Below, piece by piece: positions 9,505-22,700 of a stretch of DNA of 64,000 nt (position 1 is its first letter; every line of letters starts with the position of its first letter). The notes under the pieces were generated by a model, which was not told the origin of the DNA, made no database searches, and saw only the letters and a program-made list of their open reading frames with translations. Made by a program: the position numbers and the translations under genes. Source of the stretch: an uncultured Christensenella sp. (GTDB taxonomy: Bacteria; Bacillota; Clostridia; Christensenellales; Borkfalkiaceae); assembly GCA_910585685.1 (NCBI GenBank), contig CAJUEO010000003.1, positions 45,004-109,003 on the forward strand. The letters run 5' to 3'.

Positions 9505-11310
9505 ATGGCAAAAAAAAGTAATATTCGTAATTTTTGTATTATAGCGCATATCGACCACGGCAAGTCCACACTTGCCGATCGGCTTATGGAGCGCACAGGG
9601 CAGGTTTCCGAGCGCGATATGGAGGCGCAACTGCTCGACTCGATGGATATCGAACGCGAGCGCGGCATAACTATAAAGCTTACGCCAGTCAGAATGTTTT
9701 ACAAGGCAAAGAACGGAGAGGAGTACGAGTTTAACCTCATCGACACTCCGGGACACGTTGACTTCACATACGAAGTTTCTCGCTCTCTCGCTGCGTGCGA
9801 AGGGGCAATTTTGATTGTCGACGCGTCGCAGGGCGTTGAGGCGCAGACGCTGGCAAACGTCTATCTTGCGCTCGAAAACAACCTTGAAATTTTGCCCGTA
9901 ATAAATAAAATTGACTTGCCGAGCGCGCGTCCCGACGAAATTAAGACGGAAATAGAGGACGTTATCGGGCTGGACGCTTCCGACGCGCCCTTGGTTTCCG
10001 CAAAAGAGGGGCTTAATATCGACGACGTGTTGGAGGCAATTGTTACGCATTTCCCCGCGCCGGACGGAGACGACGGTAAGGAGCTGCAAGCGCTAATCTT
10101 CGACAGTTATTACGACAACTACAAGGGCGTAATTTTGTTTGTCAGGATAAAGGAGGGGTGCGTAAAAAGCGGTGACAGAATTAAAACTTTCCGCTCGGAC
10201 AAGATTTACGACGTTGTGGAAACGGGCGTGTTTGCGCCTAACCTTACCCCTAAAAGCGGACTGTTTGCAGGAGAGGTCGGCTATATAGCCGCTTCTATAA
10301 AATCAATTCAGGACGTGGCGGTGGGTGATACCGTTACCTGCGCCGACGCCCCCTGCGCCGAGCCGCTGCCCGGTTACAAGACCGTACAAAGCGTGGTGTT
10401 CTGCGGCATATACCCCCTTGACGGAAGCCGTTTCAACGACTTAAAGGACGCAATTTTAAAGCTTCAATTAAACGACGCTTCGCTTATTTTTGAACCCGAC
10501 AGCTCGGTTGCGCTCGGGTTCGGTTTTAGGTGCGGCTTTCTGGGGCTTCTGCATATGGAAATTATTCAAGAGCGCATCGAGCGTGAGTTCGGGCTTGAAA
10601 TTATAACCACCGCGCCCTCGGTCAGCTATAAGGTTGTAAAAACCGACGGGGAAGAGGTGTTTATCGACAACCCGTCGCACCTACCTCCGCTTTCCGAAAT
10701 AGAGCATATGGAGGAACCTATCGTAAAAGCCGATATCTATTCTCCGCCCGATTATTTGGGGCAGATAATGGATTTGTGCCGCGAGAAGCGCGGAGTGTTT
10801 TTACAGATGACTTACCTCGATAAAAGCCGCGTAAGGCTGGAATATAACTTGCCGCTCAACGAAATAATTTTTGATTTCTTTGACGCGATAAAGTCGAGAA
10901 CGCGCGGCTATGCAAGCTTCGATTACGAGCTTTTGGGCTATGAGCGCAGTAAGCTTGTAAAGCTTGATATCTTGTTGAACGGGGACGTTTGCGACGCTCT
11001 GTCCATGATAGTTCACGAGGACTCGGCTTACGCCCGAGGCAGAACTCTTTGCGAAAACTTGAAGGAAGCAATTCCCCGTCAGCTTTTCGAGGTGCCCGTG
11101 CAGGCTGCAATCGGCGGCAAAATAATTGCGCGCGAAACGGTTAAAGCCGTAAGAAAGGACGTGCTTGCAAAGTGCTACGGCGGAGATATTACCCGAAAGA
11201 AAAAACTGCTTGAAAAACAGAAAGAGGGCAAAAAGCGTATGCGCCAGATCGGAAACGTAGAGGTGCCGTCGGAAGTGTTTATGCAGATTTTAAAGACCAA
11301 TAAAGATTGA
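9505..11310 (+). CDS. lepA: translation elongation factor 4
   Basis: [14 protein letters not shown]1 motif, [12 protein letters not shown], and the LepA-specific C-terminal domain. Confidence 0.95.
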   Translation: MAKKSNIRNFCIIAHIDHGKSTLADRLMERTGQVSERDMEAQLLDSMDIERERGITIKLTPVRMFYKAKNGEEYEFNLIDTPGHVDFTYEVSRSLAACEGAILIVDASQGVEAQTLANVYLALENNLEILPVINKIDLPSARPDEIKTEIEDVIGLDASDAPLVSAKEGLNIDDVLEAIVTHFPAPDGDDGKELQALIFDSYYDNYKGVILFVRIKEGCVKSGDRIKTFRSDKIYDVVETGVFAPNLTPKSGLFAGEVGYIAASIKSIQDVAVGDTVTCADAPCAEPLPGYKTVQSVVFCGIYPLDGSRFNDLKDAILKLQLNDASLIFEPDSSVALGFGFRCGFLGLLHMEIIQERIEREFGLEIITTAPSVSYKVVKTDGEEVFIDNPSHLPPLSEIEHMEEPIVKADIYSPPDYLGQIMDLCREKRGVFLQMTYLDKSRVRLEYNLPLNEIIFDFFDAIKSRTRGYASFDYELLGYERSKLVKLDILLNGDVCDALSMIVHEDSAYARGRTLCENLKEAIPRQLFEVPVQAAIGGKIIARETVKAVRKDVLAKCYGGDITRKKKLLEKQKEGKKRMRQIGNVEVPSEVFMQILKTNKD

Positions 11311-11320
11311 TTTTTTAAAG

Positions 11321-11638
11321 ATGTGTATGTCTTTTTTCGAAAGAGTGTATGCCGAGGTCAGAAAAATACCCAAGGGCAAGGTTGCAACGTACGGGCAGAT
11401 AGCCGCGGCTTCGGGCAGTCCGCGCGCGGCAAGGCAAGTAGGTTGGGCGCTGCACTGCAACCCCTATTTCGGTGACGTTCCCTGTCACAGGGTGGTGTTC
11501 AAGGACGGAAGCCTTACCAAGGGCTTTGCGTTCGGCGGAATAGAAAATCAGGCTGCCATGCTCAAAAGCGAGGGCGTGGAAGTGTCGGCGGATTTTAAAG
11601 TCGATATCAAAAAATTCAGTTATGAGGTGGCAGATTGA
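11321..11638 (+). CDS. MGMT-family (methylated-DNA-protein-cysteine methyltransferase DNA-binding domain) protein
   Basis: VPCHRVV active-site block and IPKGKVATYGQIA helix-turn-helix region. 105 aa single-domain form. Confidence 0.8.
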   Translation: MCMSFFERVYAEVRKIPKGKVATYGQIAAASGSPRAARQVGWALHCNPYFGDVPCHRVVFKDGSLTKGFAFGGIENQAAMLKSEGVEVSADFKVDIKKFSYEVAD

Positions 11639-12741
11639 GCGGAATTTACGTTCATATCCCGTTTTGCAAAGCAAAGTGCAGGTACTGCGATTTTGCTTCG
11701 TTTCCCGACAAAATAGGCTTTGCCGAGAGCTATATGGCTTGCGTGTACCGAGAAATGGCAATGCGCTCGAGCGAGCTTAAAAGCTATAATTTCGATACGC
11801 TGTATATAGGCGGCGGCACGCCGTCGGTAATCGATGAAAACTATATAGTTATGCTCGTTGCAGCGGCGCGCAAGAACTTTAACCTTGCCGAAAATGCGGA
11901 AATAACCATTGAAATAAATCCCGGCACGGTAAGCGCAAAAAAGATAGAAACCTATTTAAAGTGCGGTATAAACCGCTTTTCGGTGGGGCTGCAAACTGCA
12001 ATAGACAGGCAGCTTACAGAAATCGGCAGGATACATAATTTGAAACAGTTCGAGCAATGCGCCAAGCTGTTGAAGGGCAGAAATTTCAGTGTCGACGTAA
12101 TGATAGGGCTTAAAGACCAAAGCATAGCCGACATAGAAAAAACCATTGAAACTGCGGCATATTCCGGGGCCAATCATATTTCTATGTACGCGCTTTGCCC
12201 TGAGGACGGAACTCCTATTTATACCGATTATTTAAACGGGGAGCTGCCAGACAGCGACGAGGTCGCGGCAATGTACGAGTTCGGCGTAAAGAAATTAAGA
12301 CAGCTCGGATTTGAAAGGTACGAGGTTTCCAATTTCTGTAAAAAGGGGTTTGAATCCAAACACAATTTAAACTACTGGAAGCGTGGGGAGTATATAGGCT
12401 TCGGCGTGGCGGCGTCCTCCTGCATAAGCGATACGCGCCTTACAAATACCTTTGATTTGGACGAGTATTTCAAGTGTATTCTGTCAAACCATTTTGCCGT
12501 AAAAGACAGCCAGAAGATAGAGGAAGCAGAGCGCAAGGAAGAATTTATTATGCTCGCTTTGCGCACTTCGAGGGGCTTGAATTTGAATGAATACAAGACT
12601 TTTTTCGAGGTCGATTTTTTGCAGGAATTTGCCGAAAAAATTCAAAAGGTACGGGAATATACCGAGGTTTCGGACGAATTTTTCAAAATAAAAGACGAGT
12701 ATTTGTTTGTACAAAACCAAATTATTACCGAGTTCATTTAA
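11635..12741 (+). CDS. hemW: radical SAM heme chaperone HemW (HemN-like)
   Basis: YVHIPFCKAKCRYCDF CxxxCxxC motif. Conserved lepA-hemW neighbourhood. Confidence 0.9.
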   Translation: MSGIYVHIPFCKAKCRYCDFASFPDKIGFAESYMACVYREMAMRSSELKSYNFDTLYIGGGTPSVIDENYIVMLVAAARKNFNLAENAEITIEINPGTVSAKKIETYLKCGINRFSVGLQTAIDRQLTEIGRIHNLKQFEQCAKLLKGRNFSVDVMIGLKDQSIADIEKTIETAAYSGANHISMYALCPEDGTPIYTDYLNGELPDSDEVAAMYEFGVKKLRQLGFERYEVSNFCKKGFESKHNLNYWKRGEYIGFGVAASSCISDTRLTNTFDLDEYFKCILSNHFAVKDSQKIEEAERKEEFIMLALRTSRGLNLNEYKTFFEVDFLQEFAEKIQKVREYTEVSDEFFKIKDEYLFVQNQIITEFI

Positions 12742-12769
12742 AAAACCGCAAGGCTTGCCTTGCGGTTTT
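12742..12769. terminator. bidirectional intrinsic terminator between convergent genes
   Basis: AAAACCGCAAGGC-TT-GCCTTGCGGTTTT. Confidence 0.8.
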
Positions 12770-12773
12770 ATGC

Positions 12774-13415
12774 TTATTTTTTAGTGCTTATAATTTTGCC
12801 TCTTTCCCCGTCTACAAGGTATGCGTAAACCGTCTTATCCTTGGTAATAATTCCCACATAGTAATAGCAGCCTTCGTCGTAGATAAGTCTTACATATATT
12901 TCCCCGTTGAAAAGCCCGTTTGAAGTCAACGATGAAACAAGCTCGCCGTCATGTTCTATTACGCACTTAACTGCGTCGTCACAGCTCAAAACTCCGTCAT
13001 ATGTGGCGGTCAACGCCTTGTACGTCTTGCTTTCTCCGTCAATATTTAAGGTTATATCGAGGCTGTCTGTTTCAAACGCTTTTTCGGAGAAGCTCAAATA
13101 GAACAAGTTGTCTACCGCCTGATAGTTCATTTCACCCTCGTGTCCGCAAAGGCTTATCGAAAGTTCGCTCGGGTTTTTATTCAATTTTACGAAAACTTCG
13201 CATAAGTCGCACATTTCTCCCTTTATACCGTCGGCGCAGTAGGGCTGTTCCTTTTGCGAGCAGTAGATTTTTATATCGACCTCGTCGTCGGAGTAGAGGT
13301 AAATGTCGCTGCGTTTTTCGGAAATATATTCAAGGTAGTCGATGTTTTTCGAACAGCCGGGAACTGTTAAAATTATAACGGTTGCAAGAAGTACGGATAT
13401 AAAAAGTTTTTTCAT
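12774..13415 (-). CDS. hypothetical lipoprotein
   Basis: MKKLFISVLLATVIILTVPGC signal peptide with lipobox. The ATG at 13415 is preferred over the ORF-track start at 13469. I recognise no family. Confidence 0.6.
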   Translation of the reverse strand: MKKLFISVLLATVIILTVPGCSKNIDYLEYISEKRSDIYLYSDDEVDIKIYCSQKEQPYCADGIKGEMCDLCEVFVKLNKNPSELSISLCGHEGEMNYQAVDNLFYLSFSEKAFETDSLDITLNIDGESKTYKALTATYDGVLSCDDAVKCVIEHDGELVSSLTSNGLFNGEIYVRLIYDEGCYYYVGIITKDKTVYAYLVDGERGKIISTKK

Positions 13416-13538
13416 AGTATCAAATATATTTTGTCCGCGCGCATTTATGTATAAATTTTGTATTTTCAAACACTTGCATTTTTGTTTTTCTTGTGATAGA
13501 ATAGATAAAATAAAAAATCGGCGGATGCAAATGATAAA

Positions 13539-15628
<2,090 letters not shown>

Positions 15629-15688
15629 ATTTAAGAAAAAATAAGGCGTAATTTTTTACGCCTTATAAAAATTATCAGGAGAAAATAT

Positions 15689-17221
15689 ATGCAGCATCAA
15701 AAAGTTCTGGTTTTGGATTTCGGCGGTCAGTACAATCAGCTTATTGCAAGGCGCGTAAGGGAACACGGCGTGTTTTGCGACCTTATGCCCTCCGAAATGA
15801 GCATTGAAAAGATAAAGGAATACAACCCCATAGGAATAATATTTACGGGCGGACCCAACAGCGTTTACGAAGAGGACAGTCCCAAAATCGATAGCGAAAT
15901 TTTCGAGCTCGGTATTCCCGTACTCGGCATTTGTTACGGCTGTCAGCTTGCCGCTCTGCTTTTGGGCGGTACGGTTGAAAGCGCCCAAACTTCGGAATAC
16001 GGCAAGGCGGAGGTTATATGCACTGATTCACCGCTTACAAAGGGTATTCCCGAAAAGTCGGTGTGCTGGATGAGCCATACGGACAGAATAACCGTGCTTC
16101 CCGAAGGATTTAAAAAGATTGCATACAGTGAAAACTGCCCCTTTGCCGCGTTCGGAAACGAGGAGAAAGGCATTTACGGCGTACAGTTCCACCCCGAAGT
16201 AAACCACACGCAGTACGGCGCGCAGTTATTGCATAACTTCCTTTACGAGGTTTGCGGCGCAGTCGGGGATTGGACAATGAAAAACTTCGTCGAGAACCAG
16301 ATACGGGATTTAAAAGTTAAACTCGGTGACAAAAAAGTGCTTTGCGCAATGTCGGGCGGCGTCGACTCTGCCGTTGCCGCCACATTAATTCACAAGGCAA
16401 TAGGGGACAATCTTACCTGCGTTTTCGTCGACCACGGTCTTTTGAGAAAGTACGAGGCTGACGAGGTTATGTCGGTTTTCAAGGACGGGTTGAAGATGAA
16501 CCTTATAAAAGCCGACGCTGGAGAGGTGTTCCTCAAAAAATTAAAGGGCGTTTCTGACCCCGAGCAAAAGCGCAAGATTATCGGAGAAGAGTTTATCCGC
16601 GCGTTCGAGGTAGAGGCAAAGAAGATAGGCAAGGTGGATTTCCTTGTACAGGGCACGATTTATCCCGACGTAATAGAGAGCGGCAAGGGCAAAAGCGCCG
16701 TAATTAAGTCGCACCACAACGTAGGGGGGCTGCCTTCTGTAGTTGACTTTAAAGAGATTGTCGAACCGCTTCGCGACCTTTTCAAGGACGAAGTGAGAAA
16801 GGTGGGCTTTGAACTCGGGCTGCCCAAGTCGGTAGTAATGCGCCAACCCTTCCCCGGGCCCGGGCTTGCCATAAGAATTATGGGAGAAGTTACCGAGGAA
16901 AAGCTTGAAACATTGCGCGACAGTGACTATATACTGCGCGAAGAAATTGCAAAGGCAGGGCTGGACGAACAAATCTGGCAGTACTTTACCGTTATTACCA
17001 ACAGCAAGACGGTCGGCGTAATGGGGGATTTCAGAACGTACGAAAACGTAATTGCAATAAGGGCGGTAACGTCGCTCGACGCAATGACGGCGGATTGGGC
17101 GCGCATACCTTACGACGTTTTGGAAATTATTTCAAACCGCATTGTAAACGAAGTTAAACACGCAAACAGAATAGTGTACGATATAACATCTAAACCTCCC
17201 GCAACAATCGAGTGGGAGTAA
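15689..17221 (+). CDS. guaA: GMP synthase (glutamine-hydrolysing)
   Basis: GATase domain (GICYGCQ), the PP-loop SGGVDS, and the conserved C-terminus TIEWE. Confidence 0.95.
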   Translation: MQHQKVLVLDFGGQYNQLIARRVREHGVFCDLMPSEMSIEKIKEYNPIGIIFTGGPNSVYEEDSPKIDSEIFELGIPVLGICYGCQLAALLLGGTVESAQTSEYGKAEVICTDSPLTKGIPEKSVCWMSHTDRITVLPEGFKKIAYSENCPFAAFGNEEKGIYGVQFHPEVNHTQYGAQLLHNFLYEVCGAVGDWTMKNFVENQIRDLKVKLGDKKVLCAMSGGVDSAVAATLIHKAIGDNLTCVFVDHGLLRKYEADEVMSVFKDGLKMNLIKADAGEVFLKKLKGVSDPEQKRKIIGEEFIRAFEVEAKKIGKVDFLVQGTIYPDVIESGKGKSAVIKSHHNVGGLPSVVDFKEIVEPLRDLFKDEVRKVGFELGLPKSVVMRQPFPGPGLAIRIMGEVTEEKLETLRDSDYILREEIAKAGLDEQIWQYFTVITNSKTVGVMGDFRTYENVIAIRAVTSLDAMTADWARIPYDVLEIISNRIVNEVKHANRIVYDITSKPPATIEWE

Positions 17222-17227
17222 GGTATT

Positions 17228-17267
17228 AAAAAATTGCCGACAGTTTTATAATTGTCGGCAATTTTTT
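17228..17267 (+). terminator. intrinsic terminator after guaA
   Basis: AATTGCCGACA-N9-TGTCGGCAATT followed by a T-run. Confidence 0.8.
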
Positions 17268-17341
17268 ATGTCAATACGACAATAATTATACCTGCAGCGT
17301 TCAAGCGGCTTTTTTTAACCGCTTGCAATTTTTAAAATACT

Positions 17342-19741
17342 GTGATATACTTAGTTTTAATGACTGATTTCGAGGCGTTGAAAAATTTAATAAACTCACA
17401 CAAGCAACCCGATAAGCAGTTCTTTTTAGAGCTTTTGGACAGCGAAAAACAGTTGGTATATGAAAACGAGCATATAGCGGCAGTTATGAAAATGCTGCGT
17501 GTAGTCAGGCTTGGAAGACTTAAAGAAAAGCTTAAAGAAGCGAGAACCGAAAGGGAAAATCTTATCGGTGCGGAGGACTATAACGCCGAAAAGTATAAAA
17601 GAGTGCTCGAGCTCAATGCTTTGATTTCGGATTTAAAGCGGCAGACCGACGAGTTTAAGCCGCTGTTTGAAGAGCCGTATTTTGCGCGTATGGACTTAAC
17701 CGACAATATCGAGGGATACAACAGCTACTATATCGGCAAGCGCGGTGACGAAAAGCTGGAAATTATAGATTGGCGCGCGCCGCTTGCAAGGCGGTATTAT
17801 CAAAAGAGCAGAACCGAGTTTTCTATAAACGAGTATAACTATAAGCTTGTTTTGAGGCGCGCGCTGCGCACTTCTAACGGCAAGGTGCTCGATATGAAAA
17901 ACGAGTATCTTTCGCTGTCGGACTATCTTTCGAAAGACGAAATCGGCGGTCGCGACGAAAAGTTGATTTTCGACCCGTTTTTAAAGGAGATTTTGCGCGG
18001 CAGAAAGGAAAAGCACGAAATTTGCGATATAATCGAAACAATTCAAGAGCAGCAGTTTGAAATTATAACCTTGCCCGAGCGCGACGAGTTTGTGTTGCAG
18101 GGCGTAGCCGGAAGCGGCAAAACTATGATTTTGCTGCACAGGCTTTCGTATATTATGTACAACAACGAGGGGCTGCGCCCTTCCGACGTTCTTGTAATAA
18201 CTCCGTCCGACTCGTTCAACGCGTTTATAGACGAGCTTTCAACCGTGCTGGAACTCGAAAAGGTGAGAACGAGCACGCTCGACAGTTATTTTTTGAATAT
18301 GTTGAAGAGCGTAGGCGCGGACTTAAAAGATAAGTTCGATTTCTCGCTTTCGGTAAACGAGGAATACCTCAAATACATCTATTCTCCGGCTTTTTCCAAG
18401 GACGTCGATAAAAAGCTTTCAAAGGTGTACGACGGGGTTTACGGGCTGTTTGCTTCGGAGGACTGCATAGAAGTATCAAAAGAAGTGGAGAGCATTCTGG
18501 CAAGCCAGATTAAAAGCTACGAAAAAATCAAAAACACTTCCCTGCGCGTTCGGCGCTGCGTGCTTGGAGAAATAAAGGAAAAGAAGGACGGCGGACTGTA
18601 CTATACCAAACAGTTCAGGTATCTGTTCAACTGCGTGCTTGACGTACGCGAATTTTTGTCGCTTGTGGATAACGACGAAAGAATGAAGGGATACGCCTAC
18701 TTTTACAGACAGCTTCTGTCTTTCTATAAATCAATCAAGTATATTAGGCGGTACTCGTATAAAATATGCCTTACAGCCGTCGAGGATTTGAATAAGCTTA
18801 AAGTCACGGTCGAGAAGGAGATTGTCGATTTAAGGAGGTATAAGTACAAGTCGGGAGATATCGAAATAATGACTTATGCCGACCAGATTGAGGCGCGTGA
18901 AAGGCTGCTTAGCGAAATTGGGGCGGTAATATGCCTTATCGAAGGCATTTCAAGCGGTTTTTCAACCGTACACGATTTTGTCGACGTCTTGCGCGGAGAC
19001 AGCTATCTTACGGCAATAGGCAAATGCGAAAACACCCTCGACATACTTAGATTTTTCTATCGGGAAACGGTTAAACGTGCGAAAGTAAGGCATAGTATGG
19101 GGTTAACTAAACTTTTAAAGTGCGACGCGTTTGCGCTTTGCCACATTTTAGTCAAGCTCGGGTTCAACCTTTCCCCCAAATTTTCCTATATTTTCGTGGA
19201 CGAAGCGCAGGACGTTTCAAAGGCGGAATACGAGGTTATAAGATATGTGAACGACCGCGCCGTGTTGAATATATTCGGTGACTTGAAGCAAAATATCACG
19301 CATTTCCGCGGAATTAAGGATTGGAGCGAGCTAGGTTTAAAGACCTATAATTTAAATTTGAACTACCGCAACACCAACGAAATAGTCGAGTATGTTTCTA
19401 AAAATCTCGGCATTGAAATGAAGTCGATAGGCTTTGACGGAACTGCTGTCGAGAGAATACCGGCGCGTTCCTGCGCGAGCTGGTTCAGCGATAAAAACGG
19501 TCTTAAAGCGGTCATATGTACGGGGCAATCGATTGAAAGGTATATAAAAAAGAGCTATAACGTACTTTCCAAGACGGGCAAAATATCAAAAAATAAGATA
19601 AATATTATGACCGTGTATGAAAGCAAGGGGCTTGAATTTACCGCAGTTGCCGTAGTTGACGAGGATATGACCGACAATGAAAAATATATTGCCTATACGC
19701 GCGCTTTAAAAGAGCTTGCAATTATAGAAAACGGCAATTAG
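17342..19741 (+). CDS. helD: HelD-like SF1 (UvrD-type) helicase, an RNA-polymerase-associated helicase IV family member
   Basis: HelD N-terminal signature PYFARMDL...YYIGKRG...IIDWRAPLARRYY. Walker A GVAGSGKT, then FVDEAQD, YESKGLEF and YTRALKEL. The start could instead be the ATG at 17360. Confidence 0.75.
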   Translation: MIYLVLMTDFEALKNLINSHKQPDKQFFLELLDSEKQLVYENEHIAAVMKMLRVVRLGRLKEKLKEARTERENLIGAEDYNAEKYKRVLELNALISDLKRQTDEFKPLFEEPYFARMDLTDNIEGYNSYYIGKRGDEKLEIIDWRAPLARRYYQKSRTEFSINEYNYKLVLRRALRTSNGKVLDMKNEYLSLSDYLSKDEIGGRDEKLIFDPFLKEILRGRKEKHEICDIIETIQEQQFEIITLPERDEFVLQGVAGSGKTMILLHRLSYIMYNNEGLRPSDVLVITPSDSFNAFIDELSTVLELEKVRTSTLDSYFLNMLKSVGADLKDKFDFSLSVNEEYLKYIYSPAFSKDVDKKLSKVYDGVYGLFASEDCIEVSKEVESILASQIKSYEKIKNTSLRVRRCVLGEIKEKKDGGLYYTKQFRYLFNCVLDVREFLSLVDNDERMKGYAYFYRQLLSFYKSIKYIRRYSYKICLTAVEDLNKLKVTVEKEIVDLRRYKYKSGDIEIMTYADQIEARERLLSEIGAVICLIEGISSGFSTVHDFVDVLRGDSYLTAIGKCENTLDILRFFYRETVKRAKVRHSMGLTKLLKCDAFALCHILVKLGFNLSPKFSYIFVDEAQDVSKAEYEVIRYVNDRAVLNIFGDLKQNITHFRGIKDWSELGLKTYNLNLNYRNTNEIVEYVSKNLGIEMKSIGFDGTAVERIPARSCASWFSDKNGLKAVICTGQSIERYIKKSYNVLSKTGKISKNKINIMTVYESKGLEFTAVAVVDEDMTDNEKYIAYTRALKELAIIENGN

Positions 19742-19780
19742 TCAATAACGTAATAGTGCAATAAAGCTTAGGAGAAAGAT

Positions 19781-22700
19781 ATGGCAGGCAAAACAAAGAA
19801 GAATTTTGACGCAATAGAAATCGACGGCGAACTTTTAAACGCTGTGAGCTATGCGACGTATTACTCGCGCCAACAACTTTTTAATTCGTTCAAAATTTTT
19901 AACCGCGCCGTCGAGAGCGTAAATAACGTTACGGTAAGCGTAACGGGTTCTACGGCTCTCATTTTGCCGTGCGAAATGCGCATCGAAGAGATACCTCACG
20001 AAAGCAGCGTCGAGGCAATACCTCAAAACATTCTCAATCCCAAGTACCTTGCCGAAATAGACGCGCCCGAAACCTGCCGTATTCAGGTTATTTTGCTGTG
20101 CGGTGCCGACGTCGTCTGCTCGCTCGAAGCCGAGGTGGTGGCGCTTCCCATTAGCTGTTGGAGCGGTCTTTCGGGCAACGCCGAAATGCTTGCCTCTTTC
20201 GTGCGACCCAAGCTTGCCGACTGCCAAAAAATTATGGCTGAAGCCGGTTTGCAGCTTAGGACCTGGGGCTATTCCTCCGAGTTTTCGGGCTATTCGGGAA
20301 CGGATAAAAACGGCGTGCGCAACGCTGTTGCTTCGGTATTTTCCGCCGTGCGCAGGCTGAATATAGAGCGCGTCGGAGAGTGCGATTTGTCGGGCGTCGT
20401 CGATACGGGTGACGTTACAAAGGTAATAGAAAACAAGAGCGCTACGTTTATCGAGCTGGCTCTTTTTACAGCAAGCTGTCTTGAAGCCGCAAAGCTTAAT
20501 CCTGTCTTGTTGCTCGGTAAATCGGGCATATGTGTGGGTGTATGGCTGTATGAAAGCTGTTTTTCCTCCTCCGTGCACGACGATATGCTGCTTATCGACA
20601 AGTATGTTTCCGAGGGCGTAAACAATTTAACCATATTTGATTGCGACGATTTGTTCGCGCACAAGAACGCGAGCTACACAACCAGCGAGTCGCACGCACG
20701 TGCAAATCTGCAAAAGGACTGCTACGAACTTTGCCTTGACATAAAGCGTTGCAGAATAGGCGGAATTTACCCCATGCCACTGAAAGTCAAAACGGCTTCG
20801 GGCTACGAGCTTTTGGCAGACAGGCAAATTTCATTCGACGAAAAGCCTCAGCAGGTGTTTGACGCGACAAAGTACGACTATGACAGGGGCGCTTCCAAGG
20901 AAAACAATTGGCAGCGCAGACTGCTGGATTTATCGCTTAAAAACAATTTGTTGAATTTCAGATACACGCGCGACTGTCTGCATATGATAAGCGCGGATTT
21001 ATCGGCGTTTTGCAGCCTTATAGACGAAAAAAGAAAATTTACCGTCTTGCCCAACACAACGGCTATACCCGACGCGGTGTACTTCGGCGGCTGTAAGACA
21101 GTTGCAAATATGCAAGAGCTTACCGTAATAGAAATGAAGAGCGGCAAAATGCGCTGTATGTCCTCGCAGGATACTTTATCCGAGGTTGCTTCTACGCTTA
21201 TAAGAAAGTCGCGTGCCGCCGCAGAAGAAGCAGGCGTAAACTCGCTGTATCTTGCCTGCGGCTTTTTGAAATGGCGCGCGGAGGACGACAAGGAAGAAAG
21301 GTATGCGCCAATCGCGCTCTTGCCCGTGACTTTGAAAAGGGCAAAGGCGCAGGGGGTTACGCTCGAAGTAGACGAGGATTATGAAGTAAACACCACGCTT
21401 TTGGAGTTTTTAAAGCAGGACTTCGGCATCGATATACGCGGTCTGGACGGCAAGGGACTAAGTCCCAAGGAGATAATAGCCGTATTCCGCGCAAAGACGG
21501 CAAATATGCGCGGCTGGGTGGTTTACGAGGATATTTATCTTGCGCAATTCACGTTCGCGCGCTATGCAATGTGGGCGGACGTTAAAAATAACGTTAAAGT
21601 ATTTGCAAAGAATAAGCTTGTTTCAAGCCTTATGTCAAATTCAAACCAAATGTCGGGTAACAGGCTCGAGGGCGTAAGCGAGGACGAGGGAGACCCTTGC
21701 GGAATATTGACTCCTCTCGCTTGCGACAGCACGCAGTACGCGGCGGTAGCCGAGTCGGAAAAGGGCACTACTTTCGTTCTGCACGGGCCTCCGGGCACGG
21801 GCAAAAGCCAAACTATTACAAACATAATCGCAAACGCGGTTGCCAAGGGCAAAAGAGTGCTGTTTGTAGCCGAAAAGCAGGCGGCGCTGCAAGTTGTTAA
21901 AAAGAGACTGTCCGACATAGGAATAGGGGAATTTTGCCTTGAACTGCACTCGGGCAAGTCTACGGACAAGTCCGAAATTGTGAGAAATATCGAAGCGACG
22001 CTTTCGCTTGCAAGCGAGGGAGATGACGAAGCGTTTAAAAATTGCGGAGAAAAAATAAGCGAAACGCGCTCGGCGCTGCTTTCTCCGCTCGACGCACTGC
22101 ACAAAAAGCGCAGGCTTGGCGTTTCTGTTTACGAGGGAATTGTCTACTATCTGCAAAACAAAAACGCGCCCGACCTTTTGAATATCGAAACTACCTTCTA
22201 CGACTCGCTTACAAAGCAAAAATTCGAGGACTACGAAAATATGCTTATTTCCGCTCAGGCGGCGGCAAAGGAATGCGGCGGAGTCTACCGTTCTCCGTTT
22301 TCGGGCATTAAGCTCACCGATTGCGACGAAAAAACCAAAACGTCGGTTTTGTGCTCGTCGGAAGTTGTGCTTGCGGAGTTAAAGCATTTTAAAAACTACC
22401 TCGGGCTGTTTCTTGAAACGTTCAATCAAAAGGTTTCCAAATTCACTTATAAAAAGCTATATAACCTTATAGAGATTGCAAAAATTTTAAAAAGCGACGA
22501 TTTAAACGCATTTTTCGAGTGTGAAGAAGAGGCGCTGTATAAGTTCTATAACGCAAATTTGAGGTACGACAGCGAGGTAAAGCATTGGTTAAACAATTTT
22601 AAGGTTTTGCCCGATATCTCCAAATTTTCAACTGAAATAGAGAGCGAAATAGATAATTGGGGAGAAAATTACCGTTCTTCTCGCACGCTGTTGCAGGTGA

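Noticed and set aside
9271-10089. 272-aa minus-strand ORF inside lepA. Similar long antisense or alternate-frame ORFs lie at 2929-3768, 14153-15022, 19835-20578, 21562-22219, 23234-23869, 27198-27869, 34536-35216, 35964-36554, 46925-47608 and 55637-56077.
   Set aside because: Each lies entirely within a confidently identified gene on the other strand or in another frame. Each has Arg/Ser/Ala/Cys-rich low-complexity translations, no RBS and no recognisable motifs. They are shadow ORFs, as expected in moderately GC-rich coding DNA.
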